Positions 30,030 through 39,447 of a stretch of 64,000 nt of DNA are shown piece after piece. The stretch is from Myxococcota bacterium (GTDB taxonomy: Bacteria > Myxococcota_A > UBA9160 > UBA4427), in NCBI GenBank assembly GCA_965250285.1, contig OZ252299.1:1696001-1760000 (forward strand), given 5' to 3'. The notes beneath the pieces were generated by a model. The model did not search any database, was not told where the DNA came from, and worked only from the letters and a program-made list of their open reading frames with translations. Position 1 is the first letter of the stretch. Every line of letters starts with the position of its first letter. Position numbers and translations under genes: made by a program.

Positions 30030-31409
30030 CTACCGACCGAGCAGGCCGGACAACGCCGCGGGGCGGCGTGTGGGGGCCAGCACCGGGACAGTGGCGGGCT
30101 GCTCGGCGACCGCCGCGGGCGTGGCGAGCGACTGACTCAGCATCCTCGCTTCGAGGGCGGTTGCCTCACGAAGCGCGACGGTCATCGCGGTGAGGAGCCA
30201 GAACGTGGTGTAGTAGAGCGTCGAGAGGAACAGGCTGCAGAGCAGGAAGCCGATCAGGCTCGCCACCAGCGCGTTCGACCAAGCCTGGGCGTTTCGAACG
30301 TGCTGTAGCTGAGTGCGCTGCCGCGGGTCGAGCTTTCCGCGGGCGGTGCGGCCGACCCTCGCATCGACACGTCGAGAGAGGCGCGTGACCCAGCGCGCAT
30401 CCCTCCAGTTGAAGTACAGAATGCCGAACCACATCAGGACACCGGTGCTTCCCATCTCCGACAGCAGCTCGAAGTACAGGGAGTGCGTCACGTGCATCGC
30501 CGTCCCGATGCTCTGCTCGGCCACGGTCTTGTAGGCGTTCATCTCCCAGATGAAGTTGCCTGGTCCCACGCCAAGGATCGGGTGGTCGAGCCACATCCGA
30601 ACAGCCAGGCCCCAGAGCTTCAGTCGAGCGTCGGCAGTCCCTTCGCTCGTGTCTCCAATCGTGCGGACCTCGTCGAGATACGACGACGGAACGAAGAACA
30701 GAAAGATGCCGATCGCGACCACCGCTCCCAGCAGGCTCACGATGCGTCCGGGAGACTTCCACCAGCAATAGGCGGCGACGCCCACCAGCCCCACGAACCC
30801 GCCGCGGGACGAGCCGAGCACGATGGCCGCGACGAACAGCGCGATGGCGGCGTAGAGCGCCGCCTTGAGAGCGACGTTCTTCACGGTCAGGGCGCCGAAG
30901 AAGGCGAAGGCGATGGCGATCGTCATGAACAGCGCCGTGTAGTTCTCGTCGACACCATGGGCGGCGCCGCCCGGCCCATTGCCGCCGTTCTGCAATGCGA
31001 TGACCGCCATGTACACGAAGATGGCCGTCCAGACCCGCGCGACGACCTCGAACCGATGCGAGGTGTCGATGAAGTGGGCGATGGGGATGGCGATGGCCAG
31101 CACCGCGACGCCGACCTCGCGGGTCACCATCGTCGCCGAGAACGCGTTCTCGGCGAATGGAATCGAGAGTGCCATCTGCCCGACGAAGAGCATCATCAGC
31201 ACGATCTGCGGGTTCCAGCGCTTGGTCGGGCTGAACGCCCAGCCCGCAATGAAGGCCACCGAGATGAGCAATGGAACCTTCATCGGGTTGGGCGGTCGCC
31301 CGTACTCCAGGGCGAGCCACACGATGAACATGGCAACGGGCAGACCGATGCTGTCGGGTGCCGCGAGCGGGCGGCGGGTTCGCGGCTTCGCGGGCCGGGG
31401 CGCAGTCAC
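30030..31409 (-). CDS. O-antigen ligase / Wzy-like polymerase family membrane protein
   Basis: Multiple TMs, DEN, SSRGGFVG, HPILGVGPGNF and HSLYFELLSEMG. Confidence 0.85.
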   Translation of the reverse strand: MTAPRPAKPRTRRPLAAPDSIGLPVAMFIVWLALEYGRPPNPMKVPLLISVAFIAGWAFSPTKRWNPQIVLMMLFVGQMALSIPFAENAFSATMVTREVGVAVLAIAIPIAHFIDTSHRFEVVARVWTAIFVYMAVIALQNGGNGPGGAAHGVDENYTALFMTIAIAFAFFGALTVKNVALKAALYAAIALFVAAIVLGSSRGGFVGLVGVAAYCWWKSPGRIVSLLGAVVAIGIFLFFVPSSYLDEVRTIGDTSEGTADARLKLWGLAVRMWLDHPILGVGPGNFIWEMNAYKTVAEQSIGTAMHVTHSLYFELLSEMGSTGVLMWFGILYFNWRDARWVTRLSRRVDARVGRTARGKLDPRQRTQLQHVRNAQAWSNALVASLIGFLLCSLFLSTLYYTTFWLLTAMTVALREATALEARMLSQSLATPAAVAEQPATVPVLAPTRRPAALSGLLGR

Positions 31410-31950
31410 CGGCGTGCTCGCGGGATGTCGGGGGCTGCGTCGACGTGTGCGACCCCCGCATCAGCGCCCGCCTCGACCGTGGTCCGCATCGGATCGCTCA
31501 CACGGCATGCGCCTCGCGAGCTGCGTACCGCACGCGATTCGCGAACGCCGCGCAGGCCCCCGGATGTGCTCGACCTCTCTGCGGACTCGGACATCTCGAA
31601 CTCTCGGACGCGACTCGAAGCGGCGGCCTCGGTCGGCAATCTAGGGCACGCGGGGTCTGGGCTCCAATCGGCCGAACGCGCCCCGGTCGCGACACCAGTC
31701 GGTGCGGAAGCGTTAGGCGCACGCTGAAAAACCCTGGTGTGATCGCTTCCGTAGGTGCCCATTCGTGACACGCAGGTGGCGCGATCGAGTGGCCTCCAGG
31801 AGACCCCCGCAGTACTCTGTCGCCGCCGACCGCCGACGTCTCTCGATCTGAGCCTCGAAGGGTGTGCGCACGGATCGCGTGCGAGACCCGCTTGGTGCCG
31901 TTGCGTGGCGCGTCCACATCCGCGCGGGTCAGAGTACCGGGAGTCGCTTC

Positions 31951-32934
31951 ATGCAGATCGGATCGATCGCGAGGCAGGGGCGCGGACTAGCCTGTCACAT
32001 ACTGGGGCTCAACCGCCGCGCCCGCGCCCGCCTCGACGGCACACGGGCCTGCATCCTGAACTACCACCGCGTGATCCCGGAGTCGGTCGCCGAACGCGAT
32101 GCCGTCGAGGGGGGCATGTATGTGACCCCCGAGTCCTTTCGACTCCAACTCGACATCCTGAGCGAGCTGTTCCACGTGCTGCCGCTGGGCGAGGTGTCGG
32201 ATGCAATCGTGGCAGGGCGGCGCCTGCCTCGGGGCGCGTGCGCGATCACTTTCGACGATGGTTGGCGTGACAATCTCGACTACGCCCTCCCCGAGCTCAA
32301 GCGGGCCGGTCTGCCGGCCACGATCTTCGTGGTGACCGAGCGCGTGGGGACCGAGGGCGCCTTCTGGCCGGACGAAGTGTGCCGGCGCCTGAGTCCGCTC
32401 GCGGCAGGCGCGCTCGCCGATGCAGCGAGCGCGATGGGTCTGCCCGGCCGCGTGGTCGATGTCGATGACGTCCTCGAGCAGCTGAAGGGTCTGCCCGAGG
32501 CGCAACGCGACGAACCCATGGCGCGCCTGCGCGGCGTGACCGGTCTGCCGCATCCGCCGTCCCGCGAGCTCCTGACGTGGGACGAGCTCACGCAGCTCCA
32601 TGAAGCAGGCATCGGGATCGAGTCCCATGGCGCGACCCATGCGATCCTGACCGGGCTCGACGAGCCAGAGGTCGAGGCCGAGCTCCGTCGTGCGCGCGAG
32701 GCCCTGGTCGAACGCGGCTTCGGGCGCGACGCGCTGCTCGCCTACCCGTCCGGTCGTCACGACGAGCGCGTGCACGCGATCGCGAAGCGCGCGGGGTATC
32801 GCGCAGCCTTCGTCCTCGACGAGCAGCTCGTCCGAGTCGGCGCACCGCCGATGACCTTGTCGAGAATGGGCGTGCACGAGGGGATCGGCCGCACGCGTCT
32901 GGAGTTTCTCTGCAAGATTCCAGGTTCGCTGTGA
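31951..32934 (+). CDS. Polysaccharide deacetylase (CE4, IcaB/PgaB-like)
   Basis: ILNYHRV, ITFDDGW, IESHGATH and AYPSG. Confidence 0.9.
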   Translation: MQIGSIARQGRGLACHILGLNRRARARLDGTRACILNYHRVIPESVAERDAVEGGMYVTPESFRLQLDILSELFHVLPLGEVSDAIVAGRRLPRGACAITFDDGWRDNLDYALPELKRAGLPATIFVVTERVGTEGAFWPDEVCRRLSPLAAGALADAASAMGLPGRVVDVDDVLEQLKGLPEAQRDEPMARLRGVTGLPHPPSRELLTWDELTQLHEAGIGIESHGATHAILTGLDEPEVEAELRRAREALVERGFGRDALLAYPSGRHDERVHAIAKRAGYRAAFVLDEQLVRVGAPPMTLSRMGVHEGIGRTRLEFLCKIPGSL

Positions 32935-33096
32935 CTCGGGCGGGGAGATCTTGACGGCGAGAGAGCCGGTCCCAACGCTCTTTCGATGGCGAGCGCTCGA
33001 TTCGCGCAGGTCTCGCGACCCGGATGGGGACACCGCGGCACTCACTGGAGATCCCCCGAAGCGAGCCGGCGTGAGCCGCAGCGCGAGGATGATTCG

Positions 33097-33714
33097 ATGG
33101 CACTCGGCAGTTGGACGAGCCACATCCCGACCTGGGCGAAGGTCCCGGTGCGGTGGCTGCGGTCGGTCGAAGAGCGTCAGGACTGGTCGCATGAGATGCG
33201 TCGGCGACGCGCGGGAGAGCCCGCGTTGCCCGGTGGCCGCATCGAGCGCATCGTCGTGATCTGCCATGGCAACATCTGCCGCAGCCCCTTTGCCGGCCGC
33301 GATCTCGCCACACGACTGCCCGACTGCGAGGTGCGAACAGCGGGGCTCGAGGCCGACGACGGCAAGCCGCCCGAGCCGTTCGCGCGCATTGTCGCGGAGG
33401 ACATGGGGGTCTCCCTCGATGGCCACGGTGCGCGCCGCTTCGACGAACACGACGTCGAGTGGGCGGACCTGATCCTCGCCATGCAGGGCCGGCATCTGGC
33501 GAAGCTCGAAGCGCGTTGGTCGGGGGCCAGCGCGAATGCCCGCCTCCTGGGCGACTACCTCGATGAAGCACCGCACGTGATCGAAGATCCGTGGGGATCG
33601 GAGCGAGCCGTGTTCGAGAGCGTCTTCGCCCAGATCGGACGCGCGAATCAGCGACTGGCCGAGCTGGTCCTAGATCGCGCCGCCGGCGATGAGAGCATGG
33701 ACCATGGCCACTGA
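33097..33714 (+). CDS. Low-molecular-weight protein tyrosine phosphatase (Wzb-like)
   Basis: P-loop CHGNICRS, ADLILAM and IEDPW. Confidence 0.88.
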   Translation: MALGSWTSHIPTWAKVPVRWLRSVEERQDWSHEMRRRRAGEPALPGGRIERIVVICHGNICRSPFAGRDLATRLPDCEVRTAGLEADDGKPPEPFARIVAEDMGVSLDGHGARRFDEHDVEWADLILAMQGRHLAKLEARWSGASANARLLGDYLDEAPHVIEDPWGSERAVFESVFAQIGRANQRLAELVLDRAAGDESMDHGH

Positions 33715-34531
33715 CGAGAAGCAGGCACGCGAGTTCTTTCGCTCGGCCGTGAGCGACTACGACCGAGTCCACTACGGACAGCGGTCGCTGATGTCGGTGC
33801 GGCTCGAGAGCGTGCTCGCCGCCATCGATGCCCTGGGCCTTTCCGAAGAAACCTCGGCGCTCGACGTCGGCTGCGGTCCCGGCTACCTGGTCGGCGAGCT
33901 CGGGCGCCGCGGCTTCGCGACGCGCGGTGTCGATACGTCGGGGCAGATGCTCGCCCAGGCCGACCGACGCCTCGAGCAGGTGGGACTCGCCAAGCGTCCG
34001 CATCTGCAGCTCGCCCAGGCCCAAGCGCTGCCGTTTCCCGACGAGAGCTTTGATCTCGTGTGCAGCACGGGCATGATCGAGTATCTGCCGGACGATGGGC
34101 CGACGCTCGAAGAGTTCCTCCGAGTGCTTCGGCCGGGGGGCCACGTGGTCGTCACGATCACGAACTTCTGGTCTCACGCTGGCTTGTTCGACGGGATCGT
34201 CGAGTGGGCAAAGCGCCAGCCCTGGCTGCTCGGCCCATTCAATCGAGTCTGGACTGCGCGTGGCAACACGGCGATTCGGCCTCGCGCTTTCGGGATCCGT
34301 CGGCACCGCCCGGCCCAGATTCGGGCGAGCTTGAAGGCGGCCGGATTCGAGCCTGAGGCTTCCGCGTTCTTCTACATGCTGCCGTGGCCCCACCCGTTCG
34401 ACCGGCTCTTCCCCGAGTGGACAGAGCGCCTCGGTCGGCAGCTCGAGTCATTGTGCTCTGGCCCGCTCGGAATCTTCGCCGAGGGTCTCGTCGTCACCGG
34501 CCGAAAGCCCGGGGGTTCGACGCGCGCCTAG
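33704..34531 (+). CDS. Class I SAM-dependent methyltransferase
   Basis: LDVGCGPG, LPFPDESFDLV and RVLRPGG. Confidence 0.9.
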   Translation: MATDEKQAREFFRSAVSDYDRVHYGQRSLMSVRLESVLAAIDALGLSEETSALDVGCGPGYLVGELGRRGFATRGVDTSGQMLAQADRRLEQVGLAKRPHLQLAQAQALPFPDESFDLVCSTGMIEYLPDDGPTLEEFLRVLRPGGHVVVTITNFWSHAGLFDGIVEWAKRQPWLLGPFNRVWTARGNTAIRPRAFGIRRHRPAQIRASLKAAGFEPEASAFFYMLPWPHPFDRLFPEWTERLGRQLESLCSGPLGIFAEGLVVTGRKPGGSTRA

Positions 34532-35698
34532 CTAGCTCCAGGGCCAGCTGCGCAGCTCGCGCAGGAAGGGGCGCGGGTCGTCGCGACGCCACACTTCATG
34601 GCGCGATGCATCGAAGAAGCCCCTCACGAAGTCGGTGACGACGCGCGTGCGGCTGCGGCCGGTGGCCGCGCGTTCACGTCGACGACGCAAGCAGATCAAC
34701 ATGTGGTCGAAGTCTCCGAGCATCCAGCGACAGCGCACCGCCAGGCGCGGTTCGACAGGGGGCACCCGCTCGCCACGATGGAGCGCGACCTGGATCGCGG
34801 GGAAATCGACGCCGGCGTCGATGGCGAGCTGAACGGAGCCCCAGAGCCGCGGGTTGATCTCCATCAGGAAGGCCCGGCCGTCCGTCGACCGGCGGAATTC
34901 GACCATCGCCACGCCGGTGAAGCCGAGCTCGGCGACGAGGCGGCTGCTGCCCCGAAGCAGCTTCGGATCTGGGGCGATCGATTCGCGGAGCACGCTCACC
35001 CCGCCGCGCGGTGGCTTCTCGCGGAGTCGCCGGTGGGCGAAGCTCGCCACCACCTCGCCGGCCTGAGCGGCCACGAAGATCGCCTCACCGTGACCGGGCA
35101 CGAACGTCTGCAGCAGCGCACCCTCGGCCATGCCTGGCTCGGCGGCGGCGGCGCGGAGCTCCTCCGGACCGGCCACGATGCGCACGTCGCCGGTCACCCA
35201 GCGGCCATCGCGAACGAAACGGGAGCGACGCGGCTTCAACACGACGGGATACTCGAAACCCGTGGGCAGCTCGGTCAGTTCAGATGGGTGTTCGATCAGG
35301 CACCCGGCCGGCACATCGAGACCGATGCGCAGGGCGCGTTCCACCAGCCCGTGCTTGTCCACGGCCTGCTCGTAGGCGTCGCGCGCAGGACAGACCGTCG
35401 AGAGCCGATCCGTGAGCCCGGTGGCAAAGGCGCTGCCGATGCTCACCTCCGTCACAGGAAGGAGCAGATCGGCGCCGATCCGAGCGGCGATGCGAAGGAT
35501 GCTCTCGGCCCATTCGTCGGGGCGATCACTCGCGTCGGGCACGAGGTGCTCATCGACCGAGAATCGAGAGCCGCCAGCGATCGATCCCGGATCGCTCGAA
35601 GCGACGTGGACGCTGTACCCCGAAGCCCCGAGCGAGCGCACGGCGGCGAGTGCCGCCCGGCTCTCACCGTCCGTCACGAGTATGCAGGGCGTACTCAA
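34532..35698 (-). CDS. ATP-grasp carboxylate-amine ligase (polysaccharide-locus type)
   Basis: AVRSLG, YPVVLKP, LLQTFVPG, HRRLREKP, MVEFR and MEINPRLWGS. Confidence 0.87.
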   Translation of the reverse strand: MSTPCILVTDGESRAALAAVRSLGASGYSVHVASSDPGSIAGGSRFSVDEHLVPDASDRPDEWAESILRIAARIGADLLLPVTEVSIGSAFATGLTDRLSTVCPARDAYEQAVDKHGLVERALRIGLDVPAGCLIEHPSELTELPTGFEYPVVLKPRRSRFVRDGRWVTGDVRIVAGPEELRAAAAEPGMAEGALLQTFVPGHGEAIFVAAQAGEVVASFAHRRLREKPPRGGVSVLRESIAPDPKLLRGSSRLVAELGFTGVAMVEFRRSTDGRAFLMEINPRLWGSVQLAIDAGVDFPAIQVALHRGERVPPVEPRLAVRCRWMLGDFDHMLICLRRRRERAATGRSRTRVVTDFVRGFFDASRHEVWRRDDPRPFLRELRSWPWS

Positions 35699-36222
35699 CT
35701 CGCCTCCGTCGCACGCCGGCGGGCGACCTTCCGGTCTGCGCGCGGGCGCCCCGTGGCGTCGCGCGGATGCACTCGATCGCCATCAGACGTGGGTCAGGGC
35801 CCGACCTCTCCCCGACTTGGCGCGCCGACGATCGGCGCCGCACGCCGGGGCGCTCTTCACGGTCGAGCAGGCTCCTCTGGATCGGCGTGCGGCCGGCCGA
35901 TGTGTAGCGCGCGCCGGCGGGTTTTCGCGCTCAGACCGATGTCCTATACACCGCGACCTTGACACCTGCACTGGAGCGCACCGGCGGTGCGGCCCGCGCG
36001 GAACGGCTGCGGCTGTCACGGTGACGAATGTCCCGAACCGGCGGGCCTGGAGCCCCGGCGGAGACGGAAACCCGCGTTCCAAAAGGCTTTGTCCCGACGC
36101 GGGCCTCGGCCAGCGACAGAATCGAGACGAACGTGAGGGCCGTCACGTGGGATCTCCCCGCACTTCACGATGCAGTGCTCGAACGTCGGTTCCCGGCGAT
36201 GCACGTTAGGAGGCAACACACC

Positions 36223-37272
36223 ATGTCCATTTCCTGGCTCGATCGGGCCATCCCGCACGCCGCAGGTGCCTTCACGGTCGCCATCGCGCTGCTCGTGGGA
36301 TCGAACGCCGTTGCCCAGGAGCAGCGCTGCGACGAGCTGGGCTCGAACTGCATCTGTAGTGAGCCGATGAACGCCAATGACGGCGGAATTTCGTCCGGCC
36401 ACGATTTCTCCGACTCGCCCAGCGCGACCGAGTGCGATCGCTACGCGAAGTTCTACGACAGCAACAAATCGTCGAGCAACGTGCGGATGGTGTCGGAGAC
36501 CGACATGCCGGCCGGCAACGACACGTCGCACGTGCTCGAGGTGACGTCGAGCGGCGGCAACATCGTCTGGCTGAACGGTCGAGCCCGCCCCGCCTCATCC
36601 GACGAGCGCGTCTGCGTTCGGTACTACTTCAAGGTCACACGCGACTTTTCGGGCGCGGGCCCCAACAACAAAGGCTGCCCCAGCGAGCGCAATAAGCTGC
36701 TTCAGTTCAGCTTCGGCAGCAGCTCGCCGTACCAGGTCTCTGAGTATCCCGGTTCGTCGTGTCAGGGGCCGCCCGGCAGCGGTCTCGCGCCGTACGGCAA
36801 GATCTCTTCGATCCAGCACGGCATGTCCTCGGGTGGCGCCAAGTCACTCTCGCCCGGAGTCGACTGGACCTCGTGCATGGAGGGCGAAGGCTGGTGCCGA
36901 CTCGAGTCGTGTGTCCATGGCGACCTGCAGGCCGGTCGCAACATCTATGTCGACACGAAGCTCAAGGCGCTCAGCACCGGCGTCGAGTCGGTGCAGATTA
37001 ATCATGGTCCCGTGAACCCCGGACAGGGTCTCTCCCTCGTGTCGGCGGACATCTTCCACGGACAGGGTTCGGGGCCCACAGGCAGCCGCTTCCTCAGCCA
37101 CTTCATGCAGGCCGCGTTCAGCTCGAACAACGGCCAGTGGATCGGCGCCGCCTACGAGGTCGAGGGCGGTGGAGGCGGAGGCGGCGGGAGTTCGCCGCCT
37201 CCGGCGCCGGCACCCGAGCCCGAGCCGGACCCCGGCCCGGCCTCGCTCGAGCCCCCGCAGCTGCTCGAGTAG
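36223..37272 (+). CDS. Secreted Cys-rich protein, possible ConA/polysaccharide-lyase-like beta-sandwich, with Gly/Pro linker tail
   Basis: AGGAGG RBS, signal peptide (..SNAVA), many Cys, VRYYFKV...NK and GWCRLE. Ends GGGGGGGGSSPPPAPAPEPEPDPGPASLEPPQLLE. The fold is a guess. Confidence 0.6.
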   Translation: MSISWLDRAIPHAAGAFTVAIALLVGSNAVAQEQRCDELGSNCICSEPMNANDGGISSGHDFSDSPSATECDRYAKFYDSNKSSSNVRMVSETDMPAGNDTSHVLEVTSSGGNIVWLNGRARPASSDERVCVRYYFKVTRDFSGAGPNNKGCPSERNKLLQFSFGSSSPYQVSEYPGSSCQGPPGSGLAPYGKISSIQHGMSSGGAKSLSPGVDWTSCMEGEGWCRLESCVHGDLQAGRNIYVDTKLKALSTGVESVQINHGPVNPGQGLSLVSADIFHGQGSGPTGSRFLSHFMQAAFSSNNGQWIGAAYEVEGGGGGGGGSSPPPAPAPEPEPDPGPASLEPPQLLE

Positions 37273-37367
37273 CCCGGGGACTCGACGCACGGATCCGCAC
37301 CGCCGGGCGCGTCCGACGCCCTGTCGTCGGCCGACCGGTCCCACTTCACCTAACCTCTCGTCCCGCC

Positions 37368-37401
37368 GATGCAGGAGCGATCACGCGATCGCTCCTGCAT
37401 C
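37368..37401 (+). terminator. Perfect 15-bp inverted repeat (terminator or attenuator hairpin)
   Basis: GATGCAGGAGCGATC-ACGC-GATCGCTCCTGCATC followed by TCCTTCT. Confidence 0.6.
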
Positions 37402-37449
37402 TCCTTCTGGGCTGCGCGGCTTCGCGTCTGACCCTCTGAACGGGACGGC

Positions 37450-38346
37450 ATGACGGAATCCAAGCGGCCTTCTAGTGACACGGCCCCGGTGTTCGTGGTC
37501 GGGACCGGACGCTGCGGGTCGACCATCGTCGACTCGGTCCTGTCCATGCACCCCGCGTTCTCGTGGATGCCGAGCTGGGTCGACACGTTCGGGATCGCCG
37601 AGCTGGCCGTCGTCAACCGACTCTGGTCCGTTCCTGGGACCGACGAGTACCGCCTGAAGCGCTACTTCCCGACGCCGATCGAGCCGTACGAGGCATTTCG
37701 ACGCCGGGATCCCGAGTTCTGGACCGAGGCGCTGAGCGACGTCGGCCTGCGCAGCGCCGAGCGACACGTCGTTCCCCTGATCGAACGCATCCGGCGTGCC
37801 CACGGCAACCCCCGCTATCTGGCGAAGCTCGTCGGGCGTCCCGTCAAGATCAACCTCTTCCATCGGCTCTATCCCGAGGCGTACTTCGTGCATGTGACGC
37901 GCGAGTTGAAGCCGACGCTGAGTTCGCTCCTGAAGGTCGAGTTCTACACCGACTGGGGTCAGGATCTCGAGGGCTGGCCGTGGGAGGAGATCCCGCCGGA
38001 GATCCTCGATCTCTACGAGCGCAGCGGACGACCGAACGCCCTGGGTGCGGCGATCGGACTGGTCCTCAACCGACGTCGCGTCGACGCACAATTGGCCGAG
38101 ATCGACCCGGCGAAGGTGGTCGAAGCCCCGTACGCGAGCTTCGTTCAGGATCCCGTTTCGTCGACACGGGTCATCGCCGACCGGGTGGGGCTCGACTTCA
38201 CCGACGCGTTCGCGGACCGCATCGCTGCCCGGTCGATCTACGGCGGCGCTGATGAGAAGTGGAAGCGCCACCTCGAGGCGGACGTCATCGACCAGCTCGA
38301 CGAGTTGGATGCGATCGTCGCCGCGCGTGCTGGGTCAGTGGCATGA
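37450..38346 (+). CDS. Sulfotransferase family protein
   Basis: 5'-PSB-like loop PVFVVGTGRCGST..LSMHP and 3'-PB-like YPEAYFVHVTR. Confidence 0.78.
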   Translation: MTESKRPSSDTAPVFVVGTGRCGSTIVDSVLSMHPAFSWMPSWVDTFGIAELAVVNRLWSVPGTDEYRLKRYFPTPIEPYEAFRRRDPEFWTEALSDVGLRSAERHVVPLIERIRRAHGNPRYLAKLVGRPVKINLFHRLYPEAYFVHVTRELKPTLSSLLKVEFYTDWGQDLEGWPWEEIPPEILDLYERSGRPNALGAAIGLVLNRRRVDAQLAEIDPAKVVEAPYASFVQDPVSSTRVIADRVGLDFTDAFADRIAARSIYGGADEKWKRHLEADVIDQLDELDAIVAARAGSVA

Positions 38347-39272
38347 GCGAGTACCCGGGTGGACGCCGCTTCGCGTTCAGCATCCTCGACGACACCGACG
38401 ACTCGACCCTCGAGAACGCGCGCCCGGTGTACGACTGCCTCGAACGCCTGGGGTTTCGCACGACGAAGACGGTTTGGACACACGATTGTCCTCGGGGCAG
38501 CCGAATCTTCTATGCCGCCGACACACTCGAACGACCGGACTATCTACGCTGGGTGCACGAGCTGGTCGGCGCCGGCTTCGAGCTTGCCTCGCACGGTGCG
38601 ACCATGGAGTCGAGCACGCGGGAAGAGACCCTCCGCAGCCTCGAGTTCTTCGAGTCGGAGTTCGGGAGTACGCCGCGGCTCTACGCAAATCATGGATTCA
38701 ATCGGGAGAATCTCTACTGGGGCGCGAAGCGTTTCGGCACGCCCGCGCTTCGCTGGGTGCTGGAGCGCTTTCGCTCGGGGGCCGGCTTCGACGGTGACGA
38801 AGAGGCTTCTCCGTATTTCTGGGGCGATCTGTGTCGCGACCGCGTCCGGTACGTGCGCAACTTCACGTTCAGCGGCCTCGATATGCTGAAACAGAACGGC
38901 GAGATGCCCTACCGGCTCGACTCCACGCCATGGGTCGATCTCTGGTTCTCGACGACCGACGCGCCCGACGCGGACACGTTCGTCCGGCGCATCACGCGCG
39001 AGCGGCTCGAGCGACTCGAGCGAGACGGGGGCGTGTGCATCGTTTCGACTCATCTCGGCAAGGGGTATGCACCGGACGGGCAGGTGCGGGAAGACTTCGA
39101 GTCGATCATGACCTGGCTGTCGGAGCGCCCGGGCTGGTTCGTACCGGTCTCGGAGATCCTCGACCACCTGGTGGGGCGCGGCGCGGGCGATCGGCTCGGC
39201 CGCCGTCGGCGAGCCGCACTCGAAGCGCGCTACCTGGTCGACCAGGTTCTGTGCCGCCTCGGCGTACGCTGA
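38343..39272 (+). CDS. Polysaccharide deacetylase-like (NodB-fold) protein
   Basis: FAFSILDDTD, ELASHG, ANH and VSTH. Confidence 0.65.
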   Translation: MSEYPGGRRFAFSILDDTDDSTLENARPVYDCLERLGFRTTKTVWTHDCPRGSRIFYAADTLERPDYLRWVHELVGAGFELASHGATMESSTREETLRSLEFFESEFGSTPRLYANHGFNRENLYWGAKRFGTPALRWVLERFRSGAGFDGDEEASPYFWGDLCRDRVRYVRNFTFSGLDMLKQNGEMPYRLDSTPWVDLWFSTTDAPDADTFVRRITRERLERLERDGGVCIVSTHLGKGYAPDGQVREDFESIMTWLSERPGWFVPVSEILDHLVGRGAGDRLGRRRRAALEARYLVDQVLCRLGVR

Positions 39273-39447
39273 CCCGCATCGTGCGGCCGCTGCTTGTCGT
39301 CAAGTCTCGAAGTGTCGTCCGCCCGCGTCTCGTCCGCGTCGCACCGAGAGATGACACTTCGTCTGGCGTCGGGGGCACCCTCCTTGGCGTTGCCGTTCCG
39401 CACGAGACGCAGCGGTGCTGGAGAGCGACCAAGAAAGGGCCGATCGA

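Noticed and set aside
31700..31760. CGGAAGCG...CGCTTCCG inverted repeat as a riboswitch (e.g. c-di-GMP)
   Set aside because: It lacks the conserved motifs of riboswitch classes I can recognise, and an 8-bp stem is weak evidence in GC-rich DNA.
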